From assembly GCA_965112735.1 (NCBI GenBank), contig OZ218957.1, positions 930,001 to 994,000 on the forward strand: a stretch of DNA of 64,000 nucleotides, written 5' to 3'. Position numbers and translations under genes: made by a program. Source of the DNA: Phaeosaccion multiseriatum (lineage: Eukaryota; Protista; Ochrophyta, other classes). The notes below the pieces were generated by a model. That model saw only the letters and a program-made list of their open reading frames with translations, was not told the DNA's origin and searched no databases. Below, piece by piece: positions 16,558-38,161 of this stretch (position 1 is the first letter of the stretch; each line of letters starts with the position of its first letter).

Positions 16558-18610
16558 GGATGTGGGTGGGTGGGTGGGAGGGAGGGGGGTGGATGTATGT
16601 GTGTATGTGTGTGTGTCTCTGCGTGTGGAATGTATGTGATGTGAATGGGTGTGTATGGATATGTCCGTGATGCCCCCTCCCACTCCTCCTCCTCCTCCTC
16701 CTCCTCAACAGTTCGTCAAGGCTACAGCCGACATCATCTGGCTACGCTGGAACCGACCCCGTCAAGACTCTCGCGGACGGCCCCTTGTCGGAGGAATGGC
16801 AGCAGAGGCCAGACCCATACGCTACCGTCTGCTCATGCGGGGGGGTTTCCGCCAGTGGGAGGTTGGAGCGCGTGTGCGTGTCGTCTTCAAGAAGAAGGCA
16901 CTGGATGGCATTCGAGGGGCACGTCACCTCGCAGCCGCGGAGCGCCAAGTGCAGGCCATGGGGGGGGGGGAGGGAGGAGCAAGTACCGGCAGGTCTTTGG
17001 TAAGTGAGGAAGTGGTTAAATGGTTGGTTAATAGATGAAGTGGGTCAGTGCGTGTGTGTGTGTGTTTGCATGTGTGTGTGTTTGTGTGTGTGTGCGTGTG
17101 CGTGTGTGTGCGTGCGTGTGTGTGTGGGGGGGGGTGTGAGTGGGGTGTGGATGGGGTAGGGGGAGAGAGGGTGCGATCCGTTTGCTGCTGTCCTTGTCCT
17201 TCCCGTGGCAACGCTTCGCCTCACTCCTCTCCTCACCCTCCCTCCACCCCATCCCAACCCGCCCTCCCTCCCTCCCTCCGTCCCTCCCTCCTCCCCTTCG
17301 CTCTCCTCTCCTTTTCCACAGGAGTCTTGCTCGTCTCTGGTGTCGTCTGTAGAGAGCACCACAAGCCACGCCAGTGCCTCTTCCGTCCTCTCCGGCTCCA
17401 TCGGCAGCGTCAAAGAGGCAGACACTGCCCAGCATAGCGGCTTGCAAGACGCGGAGAGAAGGGCACAGGCGAGGCGAGCAAGGGCCAGGCACAAGCTACC
17501 TTACACAGGGCAGGCAGGGGAGACTGGGAGTTTGAGTTCCGGGACATATGCCCCGTCATCGTCGCACTCCCTCTTGTTGCCTACAAGCTCCGTAGCTCCA
17601 TCATCAGCAGCAGCAGCAGCAGCAGCAGCACCAGCTCTGCTGCTCAACGCCACAATAACGCGTGTTCACCACCAACCCGTGAGTGAGTCCGGGCTCTTTG
17701 ACGTGCTCTACGACGACGGGTCCAAGGAGAAGAAGGTGGAACGATCGCGCGTTCAGTTCCTGCATGCGCCGCCGTGGGAGCTGCTCTACGAAGGGGAGGG
17801 ACTCGGCTATGCGGTCAAGGGCATGGCGCCGCTCAGCGTGTTGGAGAGAGAGGCCAAGCGACCCTTCAGGGTGAGAGTTTGCCTGTGTGTATGTGTGTGT
17901 GTGTGCGTGTGTGCGTGTGTATGTGTGTGTATGTGTGTGTATGTGTCTGTGTGTATGTGTCTGTGTGTATATTTGTGTGCGTGTGTGTGTGTGTGTGTGC
18001 GTGTGTGTCTGTGTGTGCATATGTGTGTGCATGTGCGTATATGTGTGTGAGTGCGTGTGTGTGTACGTGCGTGTGTACATGTGCGCGCCTTTGCGTGTGT
18101 GTGTATGTGTGTGTATGCCTCCCTGCCCCCCCCCCCCCCGCCCACATGACTGACTGCCTGCCCCTGCCCATATGACTGCAGGTGGCAGCGGACTTCTCCT
18201 TGCAATGCGTGGGCGCAGACTGTCCCCCTGGGTCCCCTAGTCAGTTCAGCCCTGTGGTTGTCTATCGCACCGTAGAGGCCCGATTCATCCCCCCGCCCTC
18301 TCGTAAGGCTGGGGGTGGCAGTAGTGCTGTGGGCAGTGGTGGTGGTGGTGGTGGTGGTGGTGGTGGTGGTGGTGGTGGTGGTGGTGGTGGTGGTGGTGGT
18401 GGTGCTGACCCATTGGTCAAGAGGAAGCTGCAAGACGCGATAGCGAGGGGCACTGAGGGCCTCACGGGAGAGGAGGAGGAGGAAGGGGTGAGTGGGGGCG
18501 GGGTTGGGTCTGGGGGCCCAAGCATGAGCACCAACGCCACCTCCTCCTCGACTTGCTCCATGCTATCGGGCGTGTTTGTGGCGGCGGGCAGGGGGCCTGC
18601 GATGACATAG
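9884..18610 (+). CDS. Large multi-exon kelch-repeat protein with acidic N-terminus, coiled coil, FN3-like and Tudor-like domains (about 15 exons; some boundaries approximate)
   Basis: Kelch-like motifs [45 protein letters not shown] and [13 protein letters not shown]. Also [18 protein letters not shown] (FN3-like) and [14 protein letters not shown] (Tudor-like). Checked junctions include 11355/11715 and 16520/16712. Confidence 0.8.
14928..15361. repeat. (GGGA)n microsatellite at the 5' end of a kelch-gene intron
   Basis: Begins immediately after the GTGAG donor at 14926. Confidence 0.97.
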
Positions 18611-18849
18611 ACGTAGGAGGGGACCGGAACGGAGGAGGGATGGATGGATGGATGGATGGCAGCAGATGGTGGATAGGCAGGGAGAGTCGTAGATCGTAGA
18701 GGACAGCAGACGGCCAGTCGCACAGCGGAACTATATGACTGACCGGTATGGCTCTAGGGCTATCGAATGTAATTACTTTAACCGATAGCCACACTGTCGG
18801 CCGAACGCTCTCGCCCTCCTGTGCCACGCTCCTGACAGGACAGGCTCCG

Positions 18850-19206
18850 AACATCTCTCACTCCTCTCTTCCTGTGTGTCTCTCTCACTCCTCTCTTTCA
18901 ATGTTGTCTCTCTCTTCCCTCTCTCACTCCTCTCTTTCAATGTTGTCTCTCTCTTCCCTCTCTCACTCCTCTCTTCCTGTGTGTCTCTCTCACTCCTCTC
19001 TTTCAATGTTGTCTCTCTCTTCCCTCTCTCACTCCTCTCTTTCAATGTTGTCTCTCTCTTCCCTCTCTCACTCCTCTCTTTCAATGTTGTCTCTCTCCTC
19101 CCTCTCTCACTCCTCTCTTCCTGTGTGTCTCTCTCCTCTCCGGGCGTGCGCGTGTGTGCGTTCATACATGTATGTATGTATGTATGTATGTATGTATGTA
19201 TGTATG

Positions 19207-19237
<31 letters not shown>

Positions 19238-19345
19238 TGTGCGTGTGTGGGTGGTTGTGTGTGTGTGTGGGCGTGTGTATATGAGTGTACGTGTGTGTAT
19301 GTGTGTGTGCGTGTGTGTACATGTGTGTGTGTGTATGTGTACATG
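18850..19345. repeat. Compound repeat: CT-rich minisatellite (about 40-bp units containing TTCAATGTTG), then (TATG)n and (TG)n
   Basis: Directly visible downstream of the kelch gene. Confidence 0.9.
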
Positions 19346-19524
19346 CACGAGGGACCATAGCCAGAGGTCTACCCCCCTGTTGCCTACGAGCTTGACTTTG
19401 GCTGTGCCGATATTACGGAGCGCGACAAGTTCGGCTGTGAGGACGATTGAGCCCACACCGCACTACACGTGTTTCCGTCACCGCTCTCTGCTCAAGGAAG
19501 GTTGAAGAGGTACCGCACCCGTCC

Positions 19525-19628
19525 GAGGAAGTGTTAAGAGTCATACATTTGCTGGACTGACACCTATCCACTAACATATTACGGGGGTAGGTGTCAGTCT
19601 CGCAAAAGTACGACTCTTAACTTACCTC
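19525..19628. other. Long imperfect inverted repeat (hairpin, about 40-bp stem)
   Basis: GTTAAGAGTC-ATAC-ATTTGC-TG-GACTGACACCTATCC pairs with GGGTAGGTGTCAGTC-TC-GCAAAA-GTAC-GACTCTTAAC. Confidence 0.85.
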
Positions 19629-19913
19629 CCAGTAAAGTTCGAACTTCCCCCGCCCTGCGGAGTACTACCCCATTTCAGTTTCAAGTCTTTCGTCTCGCCT
19701 TCCAGTCCGCTCTTTTTTTCACTTTTTTTCCCATCCCATTTCAGCCCTGCCGTCCTGCGTCTCTCTCCTCCGAAGTACGCACCCCCTCTCCCAGCTGCAA
19801 GGCCCTTCTCTGCAGGCCCCTCTCCCCGTCCCTCTCTCCTTCTCTACTCCTAAACTAAGTTACTGCCCTTGACATAAGTATGCATGCCAACTTCGCCCCG
19901 CACGGCCCCTTCC

Positions 19914-21011
19914 TCAGATCCAGCATAAGCAGGGAAACCCGTTGGCATGCACCCACTGCTTGATCTCCAAGGCCTTGGCGTCTGAACCACGAAGAACCGC
20001 TACGTCCCTGAGAAACTGTGGGCACGACCTTGGGTCCCACGGACACTGTACTTCCTCTGATCGGAGCCACTTGAGTACTGCAAGGCTCATGCCATTCAAG
20101 ACTGCAGTGTAACAGACGTCGGCGTCCCAGAGGCAGAGGTGGCGGGCAGCGGCGTGGAGGAACTGCAGCGGCCGAAGGCTGCCGTTCTCAGCACAGTAGA
20201 AAGCCCCCTCATGCCACATTCCGTTTTCATTCCCCTCAATCAAGGCTCTCGTGCGAGGATGATGGAGCACGTACCCCGTGGCGGGAATGTGACCCCCCTT
20301 ACAAACGAAGTTCCACCTATCTTACCTTGCCACTTGACCATTTCTATATTTCCTCTGAAGGTAGCGATCACAAAAAATATGCTCGTCCCATGTACACCCC
20401 TCCTTTCCCGGAAGCTCCTATGGTTCTAGCAGCCATTGGAGAACACTTACGCCATGCTTCTTGTTGGATGCCGTTGTCAACCATAAATCTTCATAGCAGG
20501 AACTCTCGTTGGCAAGGAAAACCTCGACCACTTCTACAGTCCCATGCTTAGCAGCGGCTCTGAATGCCTTCCCACTCAGCTCGAAGCCCTGCCTCATCGC
20601 CCATCTCACGCACTCCACAGAGCTGACCACAGACACCAAGGTTGTCGTCAAGGCTGGGTACAAATGGGGATAGCAGACCCTCCACTCCTTGCTCGTGCCA
20701 GCAACAAAGAGGAAATCGTCCCCACCTACGTACTCCATCATGACCTGGAGCAGCCCGATAGAGGCCAAAGTCTCGTGGCAAGCTTTAAAGGGGTCTTGGT
20801 TCACTCCTCCTTCGTAAACCCCAGACCTTCCATCGTCGCCAACCTCAGCCTCGCCATCTCCCTCAGAGTCCGGTGGAGGCGTGCTTCCGTCCTCATACCC
20901 AGCCCCACCAGCAGTAGCACCTTCCTCCGACCCTGCTACAGACTTGCCTTTGGGGGGAGGGAGCATTTCTTGCCCTTCCACCGGTACCTTCTCCTCACTG
21001 GTGTGCTCCAT
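19914..21011 (-). pseudogene. Disrupted intronless ankyrin-repeat-like gene of the algal/giant-virus 'GCPWD' type
   Basis: Motifs FLFVAGTSKEWR, ECVRWAMRQG, AAAKHGTVEVV, GCTWDEHIF, LWDADVCYTAV..LAVLKWLR..CPWD. There is an in-frame TAG at 20420-20418 and frameshifts near the A6 run at 20372-20377 and near 20290. Confidence 0.7.
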
Positions 21012-21443
21012 ATCTTAGCTCTTCCGGCCTACACACAAGGAGGTCCTCTTCTCTACGGGACCCACTGAGAGCTCTTCAGTCCAGCAGTGCCCACTCTCGA
21101 TGGAAGTGTAGTCAAGCAGATGTTTCCCTTCAAAACACGGCTGAAGCTTCGTCCCTTCCACGACTGCTTGGGTAGGATGTGGGTAGAGACGCGGGTGATG
21201 CTGCTTCCCGTAAGAAACGATGGGCCTTAGTACGCTACGGCGATCCTACGGCTGGTGCTGCTGTGGCTACCATGTCTTCAAATGCACGTCTGTGCTCCTG
21301 GTAGGGCTACAGTAGAGGGCTTGAGGGCTTAAAGGAGAGAGAGAGACCGGCACGACGCGGGCCCTTTGCAGGCCTTGTTGACTTACTACACCTCCAATCT
21401 CCTCTCCCCTCTTTGCTCCATTGTGAGCTCAGTCCTCCTTGCC

Positions 21444-23497
<2,054 letters not shown>

Positions 23498-23810
23498 CAG
23501 GATTCTCAACTCCGCGAAGGGCCAGGGGAGAAGATGGCACTCGACGTGAGCCCTGGGTGATGTCCTTCAATGCCTGCCTTCGCCTGCTGAGGGGGAGAGG
23601 GGGAGAGTCAGTTTCACTCAACTTCAGTAGACATTTACTACCGCACACCAGTGGCTCCTTTTGGAGTAGGCACAGAATGCGATCGACACGAAATATCGAT
23701 ACGATATCGGTGTAACACTTACTGAATTTAGAACTGAAACTAAAACTGAGACGGATAGGAGCAAAGGAGGCGCCCTTTGACGGGAAGGGACTTGAGCTGA
23801 TGGACAGATG

Positions 23811-23842
<32 letters not shown>

Positions 23843-24466
23843 CTTTTGATTCATTGACTGACAGATTGAGCGACAGGGAGATGGATGGTTGATTTCACTG
23901 CGGCCACACATAGACAAACAGTGTGATGGGCGCAGCGGAGGTTGGCATTGGAAGGGGGGCGGCGGTCGGAGAGACATCCGAGGGAACACGGGAAGCGCGT
24001 CCGCCGTTGTCTTATCCCCATGGGGGGCAGCAGCAGCAGCAGAGGCAGCAGCAGCAGCAGCAGAAGCACCACCAGCAGCAGCAGCAGCAATGGCGGAAAC
24101 AGCAGCGCCGCGGCCTCCTCTTGCTGTTCCCCCCCACGGGTTTGGGCACGTCTGATCTCTGCATCAAGGCAGAGGCTTGAAGGCTTGGAGGCTCGCATGC
24201 TGCAAGCAGAGGCAAGAGCACTCTTCCTTCCTTCCTCGCTTCCTTTTGGAGGCTGAAGGCCCTTTACAGCCAATCAACAGCCACATATGATGAGAACGTG
24301 ATATGGGTTGAGCCGCTCCCTTTCCCTTGGGGGGGCGTCTCCACAACCCACGAACCCACAGTTCCCATGGCGTGCAATCCACCCCCATACGCTGAACAAT
24401 GTAACGGTAGATGGGTGGCTCTCCATCACCAACGGGCTGATGTTTCTGTCCCATGTATTCATCCAG

Positions 24467-24836
24467 TCACGGGCGGGCGTCTCCCCACCGCGAGAGGGCG
24501 AGCTGAACCCGCTCCATCGCCACATCCAAGCGAATGGAGACTTGTGGACTTGACCCTTGGCCCCCTCCCGCCCCTCCTGCTGCTGCCGCTGCTACGCCGC
24601 CCTCACCTTCGCCTTCGTACACGAGGAAGGCGTCTTCTTCGTCGGACTGCAGCTCAAAGCCTTTTGCAAAGCACAACAGAAGAGAACAAGGCAAACAGCG
24701 ACGTAATCCTGAGTAAAGTTCCTGTGGAGTGGATGACCGACCGACCGACCGACCGGCCAACCAACACCAGCCGCCATGGCAGTGAGTTACTAATGAAAAG
24801 TACAGCAGTTCCAGCTTGAGAGAGATGGAGAGAGAA

Positions 24837-24867
<31 letters not shown>

Positions 24868-26751
24868 GCTCTCCGCTGTATGTGGCATGATGTGTACCCC
24901 ACGTGCCACGGAAATTGTACAGCACCAGAAGGGAGGGAAAAGACAGGAAAGAGAACCCTCAACTCACAGCTGAACAACCAACTGACCTGCGGCGGTGAGG
25001 ATGTCAATGGCGCCCTCCACCCCAGCCACCTTGGCGTGGAAGGCCGGGTTGTTGAGTCTCACGCGTCGGAACTTGGCCTCACCTGTAGATACATTGCCCA
25101 GCACCTAGAAACGCATAGACAGGAGCCGAGGGGATGGATGGATGGATGGATGGATGGATAGATGGATGGATGGATGGATGGATGGATGGATGGATGGATG
25201 GATGGGTGGATGGATAGATTGATGGATGGGTGGATGGATGGATAGATGGATGGATGGATGGATGGATGGATGGATGGATGGATGGGTGGATGGGTGGATG
25301 GATGGATCGATAGAGTAAGTCCATGAGGGGGCAGGGCAGGAAGGGTTGGTGTTGGTAGTTGAACGTAAGAAGACATAAGATACATGTAAGAAGACCTATA
25401 TGTATGTATGTGTGTGTATGTGACCCGACCCGACCGAGCGAGGACCCGAAGCTCTAACTTCACTGCCCCCCCCCCCTTCTCGGCATAGAAGAGAGAGATA
25501 TCCCATCCACTGCCATCCCCATCCATTCCCCCATCCCCCGCCACACCACACATCCCGCACCTTCCCGATGGTCTTGAGTGCTGCCGTGCACACTTCTGCG
25601 GCTCCTCTCTCCACTGCGCCCCCCTCCCCCTCTGTGTCCTCCCTCACGCGTGTCTCCATGAAGCCGATGGCCTCGTCGAGGTGAGAAGCAATGCTTGCTC
25701 GCTCCCCTACAAAGGCCTCCGGAGCCACGGCCACCCCGCCCGTCCCACTGCTGCTACTCGCTCCGAGGCTGCCAACGCTGGCATTGCTTACGCTGGTCGG
25801 AAGAGAGGAGGGATTCCCCGGCGCTGGTTGTGAGGAGAGGGAGCCCCCTCCTCCTGCTGCTCCTCCTCCGTCTCCCTCTGCCCCTGCCCCTGCCCGCGCC
25901 CCTGCCACGGCCGCCGCCGCCATGCGTGTGGGTCCTATTTGGGCCTCGAAGGGGTTGTACCCCAACTGCGATGCCGTGTGCGCTTCGCTTGCCTTGACCG
26001 CCTCGACCATGCGCCGCGTGGCTTCGCTATTGGATGGTCCAAACTCGTTATTGATTTCGCCATTCTGGGTACCATCTTCGCGCCTCTCCTGCTGAATCTG
26101 CCTCGCCCGCTGCCCCTTCTTGTCCCAGGCTTTGGTTCGGTCCTCTGCTGCCTTCAGAGCGGCTGCTCTTTGCTCTCTCTTCTCCGCGTCCGTCAGAGGA
26201 GGCGGTGGTTTTAGCTGTGAAGCTGCATTTCCTCCGATTGCGCCCTTCTTCCCTAATGCAAACCCCGTGGACCCCGTCTTCTTCCCCCCCTTCTTCCCTT
26301 CCGCTGCTTGTTTGCCTTCCCTTCTGAAGGTCAGAGTGACGGGCCTGCCTATTGCCCCCGCCACTGCTACCAACTCATTGTAGCCGGGACTGGATGTGCC
26401 CTCGATGCCTACCACGACGTCTCCCTTCTGGACCTTCCCGGAGGCCTGACCGGAGGAGGAGCGTCAGGCACAGAGAAGAAATCGTAAGGAAGCAGCAACG
26501 TGTGTTCCGAGAATCAGAATGAGCTGAGGCTGCCACACAAATGGGTGAGAGAACAAACCAAAGATGTCGTGCTTGCTCACCTCACTCCCATTCAGAACAT
26601 CGTTCACCCTCGCGGCCCCCGTTGCGTTGTCCTTGCCGAGGCTGAGGCCGAGTTGGGGCTTCTTGAAGATGACATCGAACTCCTTGGTCCCCCCTCCTTT
26701 GCCTTCTTTCAAGTCACTCAGCTTGCCCTTCATTTCCTTCAAGAAGTCCAT
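24467..26751 (-). CDS. PDZ-like + PUB (p97/Cdc48-binding) domain protein; 4 exons (about 26751-26581, 26447-25561, 25103-24987, 24661-24467)
   Basis: [14 protein letters not shown]...[12 protein letters not shown]...RPVTLTFRR is PDZ-like. [44 protein letters not shown] matches the PUB domain signature. Confidence 0.8.
25132..25307. repeat. (GGAT)n microsatellite in a PUB-gene intron
   Basis: Directly visible. Confidence 0.95.
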
Positions 26752-27186
26752 CTTGTGCGTGGATATCGTGCGGAGGCAGGTACAAGTGAGGGAGAGGAGA
26801 AGGAGGGAATTCTCAAGGGTAAATAAATCTCGATGACTCCAAGTTTGACTTATCCTGGCCTTTAGCTCTGTGAATGGTCTCTGCCCACTGCAGAGGGGTG
26901 AGCGCTGGGTCTGCCCAATGCACCGGAGTTGGGAGATCGGTCCGAAAGAACCAGCCGAAAGCAAAAAGCAGGGGGAGAGTTGGTTCTCCAAAATCCCAAA
27001 TCACAGGGCGTCCGCCAATCGCCAAATCTGCTACTTTTTCCCCTCTTCTCCTTCTTTGCTCTGTATATAGAGCCTTTATTCCCCCCGTTTTGAGCATCAA
27101 GAGCACCTGTGCAAGGAGGAGGGGCACACTGTACAGGAGTTAGGAATCAGCAGGCTCTAATTTGAGAGAGAGACACTATCAAGGCC

Positions 27187-28248
27187 ATGCGGCGAGGCAG
27201 GCCAGGAGCGAGCGGAGCAGCGCCAGAAGGAGCAGCGGCAGGAGCAGGCGAAAGAGAGTATGGGCTTTTGGGAAGGAGAATGAGGGAACAGGGGCGACGG
27301 TATCCAGCGCCACTCCCTCGAGGTCGAGCACCGTATGCGTTGTGGAACCTCTCCCTTTTTGTGCTGGTAGGCTTGCTCACGAAGAGTGCCTACGCCAGCA
27401 GCGCGAGGGGAGGACGGACGAGCATAGCAACCCCCACAAAATCGCCCGGCAGCCCTAGCGCTAGCTCTGGCAGCAGCACGAGCAGCAGCAGTAGAAGCAC
27501 CAGCAGCACCAGCACCAGCAGCAACAACAACACCGAGGCCAATTGTACGCGTACACGTGGCCGTAGGCGGGCCGGAATGGGGGCCAAGTCGCTATCAGGT
27601 CTCTTCGGTGGCTTGTGTGGGACTTACACGCACGATGTGGACGCCACGACAAGTATCAGCGTCGGTTATGACCTCGGACGGGACGGGATGTTCCCTCTGA
27701 GCGCCGTCACCTCCCTCACCTGTAGTAAGAACACCGCCACCAATCTTGTAGTGCGAGATCACAGTGTGAGGGCCTCAGGACGGCTGACCTGGCTGACGGG
27801 CCCGAGAGCAGCCATCGCCAGCACCACCCTCGAGAGCGGGGGGCGTTTCATTAGTACGGAGGTGAACCAAGGGGCCAAGCGAATGCAAGCCGCCTTCGGA
27901 CGGTTCTTCTGTAACGACCGATTGCGCGTGGTGCTGCGTCCGCTTGTGACTTACGGACATATGCGCTCCTACCGACATGACTTCCGGGCGTGGCTTCCCC
28001 AGCCAAAGCCTGCCAGCGAGGCCGGGTTGCCGAGGTATGATTGGACTACGTATGCTGTGCTGTCGCGAGAGGTGGCGGGTGTAGGAAGGTTTACTACCCT
28101 TACGTATGTTAAGGATCCCCCTTTGTGATATGCTCAATCTCTCTGAATGCGAAGTAAAAGGTATCCTCCCTCCCTTCCTTCCTCCCCTGGTCTGTGGCTT
28201 GTATCTCTCTGTTGATGTGAACGCCTGCCATCCATCACTCCCGCCTCC

Positions 28249-28300
<52 letters not shown>

Positions 28301-28855
28301 CATGCACACAGCTCCATGACCCTTGAGGACAACACCCTGTGCACGAGCTGGTCTGAGCGTTTCCCGGACGATAGCTTCCTTCGCAACCTCGGTCTTCGCC
28401 TCACAGTGCGCACAGGAGGCAAGGGACTCGTGGTGGCTCAGCTGCTAGACGGTAGGAAGAGTCGACGTCTGTGGACACTGGAGGCTTCGGCCCCACTGCA
28501 TGATCCAATGGCGGCGACTTTCGCTGTGGAGAGGCAATGGCAAGTGTACACTGCGCCGCCTCTGTCCATACCTCGCCACTCACACTCACACTCACACTCC
28601 AGCAGCAGCAGCAGCAGCAGCGAGGAAGAGGAGTGGGAGGAGGAGTGGGAGGAGGAGTGGGAGGCGGAGCAGGAGAAGGGGGAGGGGCTGGGCGAGGACT
28701 TGGGCTTGGGCTCCGGGGCGGAAGGACTTGGGAGTTGGGGCCCGGGCTTAGATGGAGGGTCAGGCGGAGCGGCAGGGGGGCGAGAAGGAGGGGCTGGGGG
28801 GGGACAAGGAGGAGGGGCTGGCAGCGGGCGGATAGGGGGGCGAGTCGACGAGTAG
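27187..28855 (+). CDS. Hypothetical protein with N-terminal hydrophobic leader and a beta-strand-rich core; exons 27187(or 27280)-28103 and 28312-28855
   Basis: Two long ORFs are joined in frame by the GT-AG intron 28104-28311 (TTLT-SMTLEDN). Confidence 0.65.
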
Positions 28856-30556
28856 GACGGCGGCGAGAGCGCGAGAGATGCGGCAGAGGAAGTGCTGACC
28901 GTCTTGTATCTGTATATATCACCGCCTGTGGGACAAGCTACCCACCTCAAGACATGAGACAAAGAGGGAGGAAGCCAAGTTTAGAAGTTCTTACTTTCTG
29001 CGTCGGACTCGAAGCAGGCTTTGATGATGCTGGGTACCTCGGATTTTCTCATCTCATTGGGAAGATCCAGTCCAATGGTAAAAGCGTATTAACGTATTAA
29101 CTTTTAACATAACTTGCCAACACTTGTATTCACCCAAGACACAACGCCATGATGTAAGACCTATGCCCTTCTCTCTTCCCTATACCATTGGACTCATTGG
29201 GCTCAGCTCAGGACGGGGAACACAGGGACCCCATTCTTTACAGCAGAAGAGAAAAGGTGTTTTAAAAGTAATCACAAGGTCGTGGAGAAGATGCTTAGTA
29301 AGAAAGAGCGTCAGCCGTCCTTTTACCATTCCCCGCCTCCCTCCCTGTTGACATAATGGCTGGTGAGACGGTGAGTGCGTGAGTGCATGCCTCAGCGCCG
29401 CCCTCAGAGGCGAAGAAAGGCTGCATCCCTCTAAGTGGCATGTGGGCCGTGGGCAGGCATATGGGAATCGGCTGTGGGGATATCCTGTGGGCCTCCCTTT
29501 TCACATGTTCTGTGCCCTCCAGCGAATGCTCCGCGAAACCGTCAACACCGTCAATACCACACGCCCGGCACTCCGGCACCACGCGCACACCCGCACCAGC
29601 TCCGGCGCCAAGCAGCAATGGTCTTGTGGGAGCACCAGAGGCAGGGGGGGGGGGGGCTCGACGAACTGGTGGCGTACCTTTCTACTGGTACCCAATCTGG
29701 TACCCAATACCTACCTCATGCCCCATACCCCGTCCCCAATGCTCCACGTGCACTGGGGGGGCGATAGAACGAGCTGCGGCGACTTTCGGTCTCTCTTCCT
29801 CTCTCATCTCCGCGTAGAGCGAAGGTCGGGCGCGGAGCAGAGGAGGAGTGCAGGAGCAACCTGGTGTGTCCATCCATGTTGACTCACTGCATCCATCCTG
29901 ACTCTCTCCTGGCATGCCTCGCTCTCTGGGGCTCGTCGCTTGTCGCATAGTCATGAGCTGAGAGGGCTGATTCCCTCCTTCTGAGTGCGTAGGGACAGTA
30001 GTGTTGGTTGGTCCTCGCGTAGCTGTACTCCTCAGCAGCCAGCACCTCGTCTTCTCGCTTGCATCTGAACTGGACTGCCCGGCACAGCCTCTTTGTATCT
30101 TCGCTCCTTCCCCACGCGATGGCCCCTTCCTCTCCTCCTGCTCCCCGCCCTGCCCCTGCCCCTGCCCATGCATTCTTCATGTCATGTCCCTCGCCAGTGA
30201 GTGGCTGGTCTCCTCGCTCGACATCTTGCTTGGAAGCGTCACCGCAACGACCGAGCTCCCTGCAGCAGTGACCACGCTCCCTGCTGCGTGCTCCCTGCGG
30301 CACGGCTCTCGAGGTTCGACGAGGCTGTCAGGCTGCTGTCAGGCTGCTGTCAGGCTGGTCCTTCGTCCTTCGCTGCTCATGTCTGAATGCCGTTTCTTTC
30401 GCGCATTGCGCTCTGGCTGCAGGCCGTGCTCGCTGTGTGTGCTTCACGCCGACCGTGGAGAGACTATGCGGGCAGCGGGCGAGCGAGCGGTAGAAGGAGA
30501 GAGCGAGAAGTGAGAGATAGCTAGAGAGAGGCAGAGAGGAGAGAGACAGCGAGGAA

Positions 30557-30609
<53 letters not shown>

Positions 30610-30646
30610 GGGGCCAACCAAGCTCTCCGCCATCGCACCATTGTCA

Positions 30647-37267
<6,621 letters not shown>

Positions 37268-38161
37268 CTCTGCCGCTTTTTTAGCTTCCCCCGAGAGTTA
37301 GGCAACTCTGCGCGAGGAAAGGCCTACAACACTAGTGCCTCTCATGGCCACTGAAGAAGAGGAGAAGAGGCGGAGAGGAACCGCGAAATACATAGTAAGT
37401 CAACAAACGAAACGTTTTGTGGACTTGGGTGCTGACAAGTTGGGTGTTTTTTTCTTTTCGCTCCTCTCTCTTCCCCTCCTCCTCCATGGTGCCCCTCCTG
37501 CAGAAACGAATTATTTTTTTTCGCCCGCGAAATTATTTACTTACTCATGTGCTGAATATGCCCCTGAATTCAGACAGTACGTCGTCTTTTCGTCTTCCCT
37601 GAGCGGGCACGGGAGCTCCACCCCAAGGTCCGCAGCGCAAGGAGGAGGGTGGGACCAATCGACCAAGACACTCGCCCACAAGAGGGGCTGGGTTGTGCAG
37701 CAGTCGGCGGCAGCAGCAGCAGCAGGTCGTGTGCTGATCGTATGAAGTTTCAGTTTCCAAACTTGATTTCATTTTTTTACACTATTTGGGTCTGTGGTAC
37801 CAGTACCTGTGAATCAATTAAGATTGCTGAAGCTCATTACAGCCTTGTACTGCCCTAGGACCTCCCAATAATACTCTGTCGGATCTACTCTAAGCCGTTC
37901 AGTGTGCCCTGCTGACAGGAGCGTCGCTGCGGAAGCTCATTCAAGCCTTCCCCTGTCCTGATGAAACGCACTGCCCCCCCCCCTGCTTCCCTGCTGAAGC
38001 ACATTGCGACCTTCCAAGGCCCTGTTACCCCCCTCATCTCACTTTCCCCCCTGTCCTATTCATGACCGACACTCCATACGGCCTGCCCCTGCTCCCTGCG
38101 GGGACTCATATCGATCAGCACGACCTTCCCCTGGTCGCCCTGCTGATATACGATACCCACG

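Noticed and set aside
29100-30520. Short ORFs between the beta-rich gene and the kinesin 3' end
   Set aside because: No recognisable motifs or consistent exon structure.
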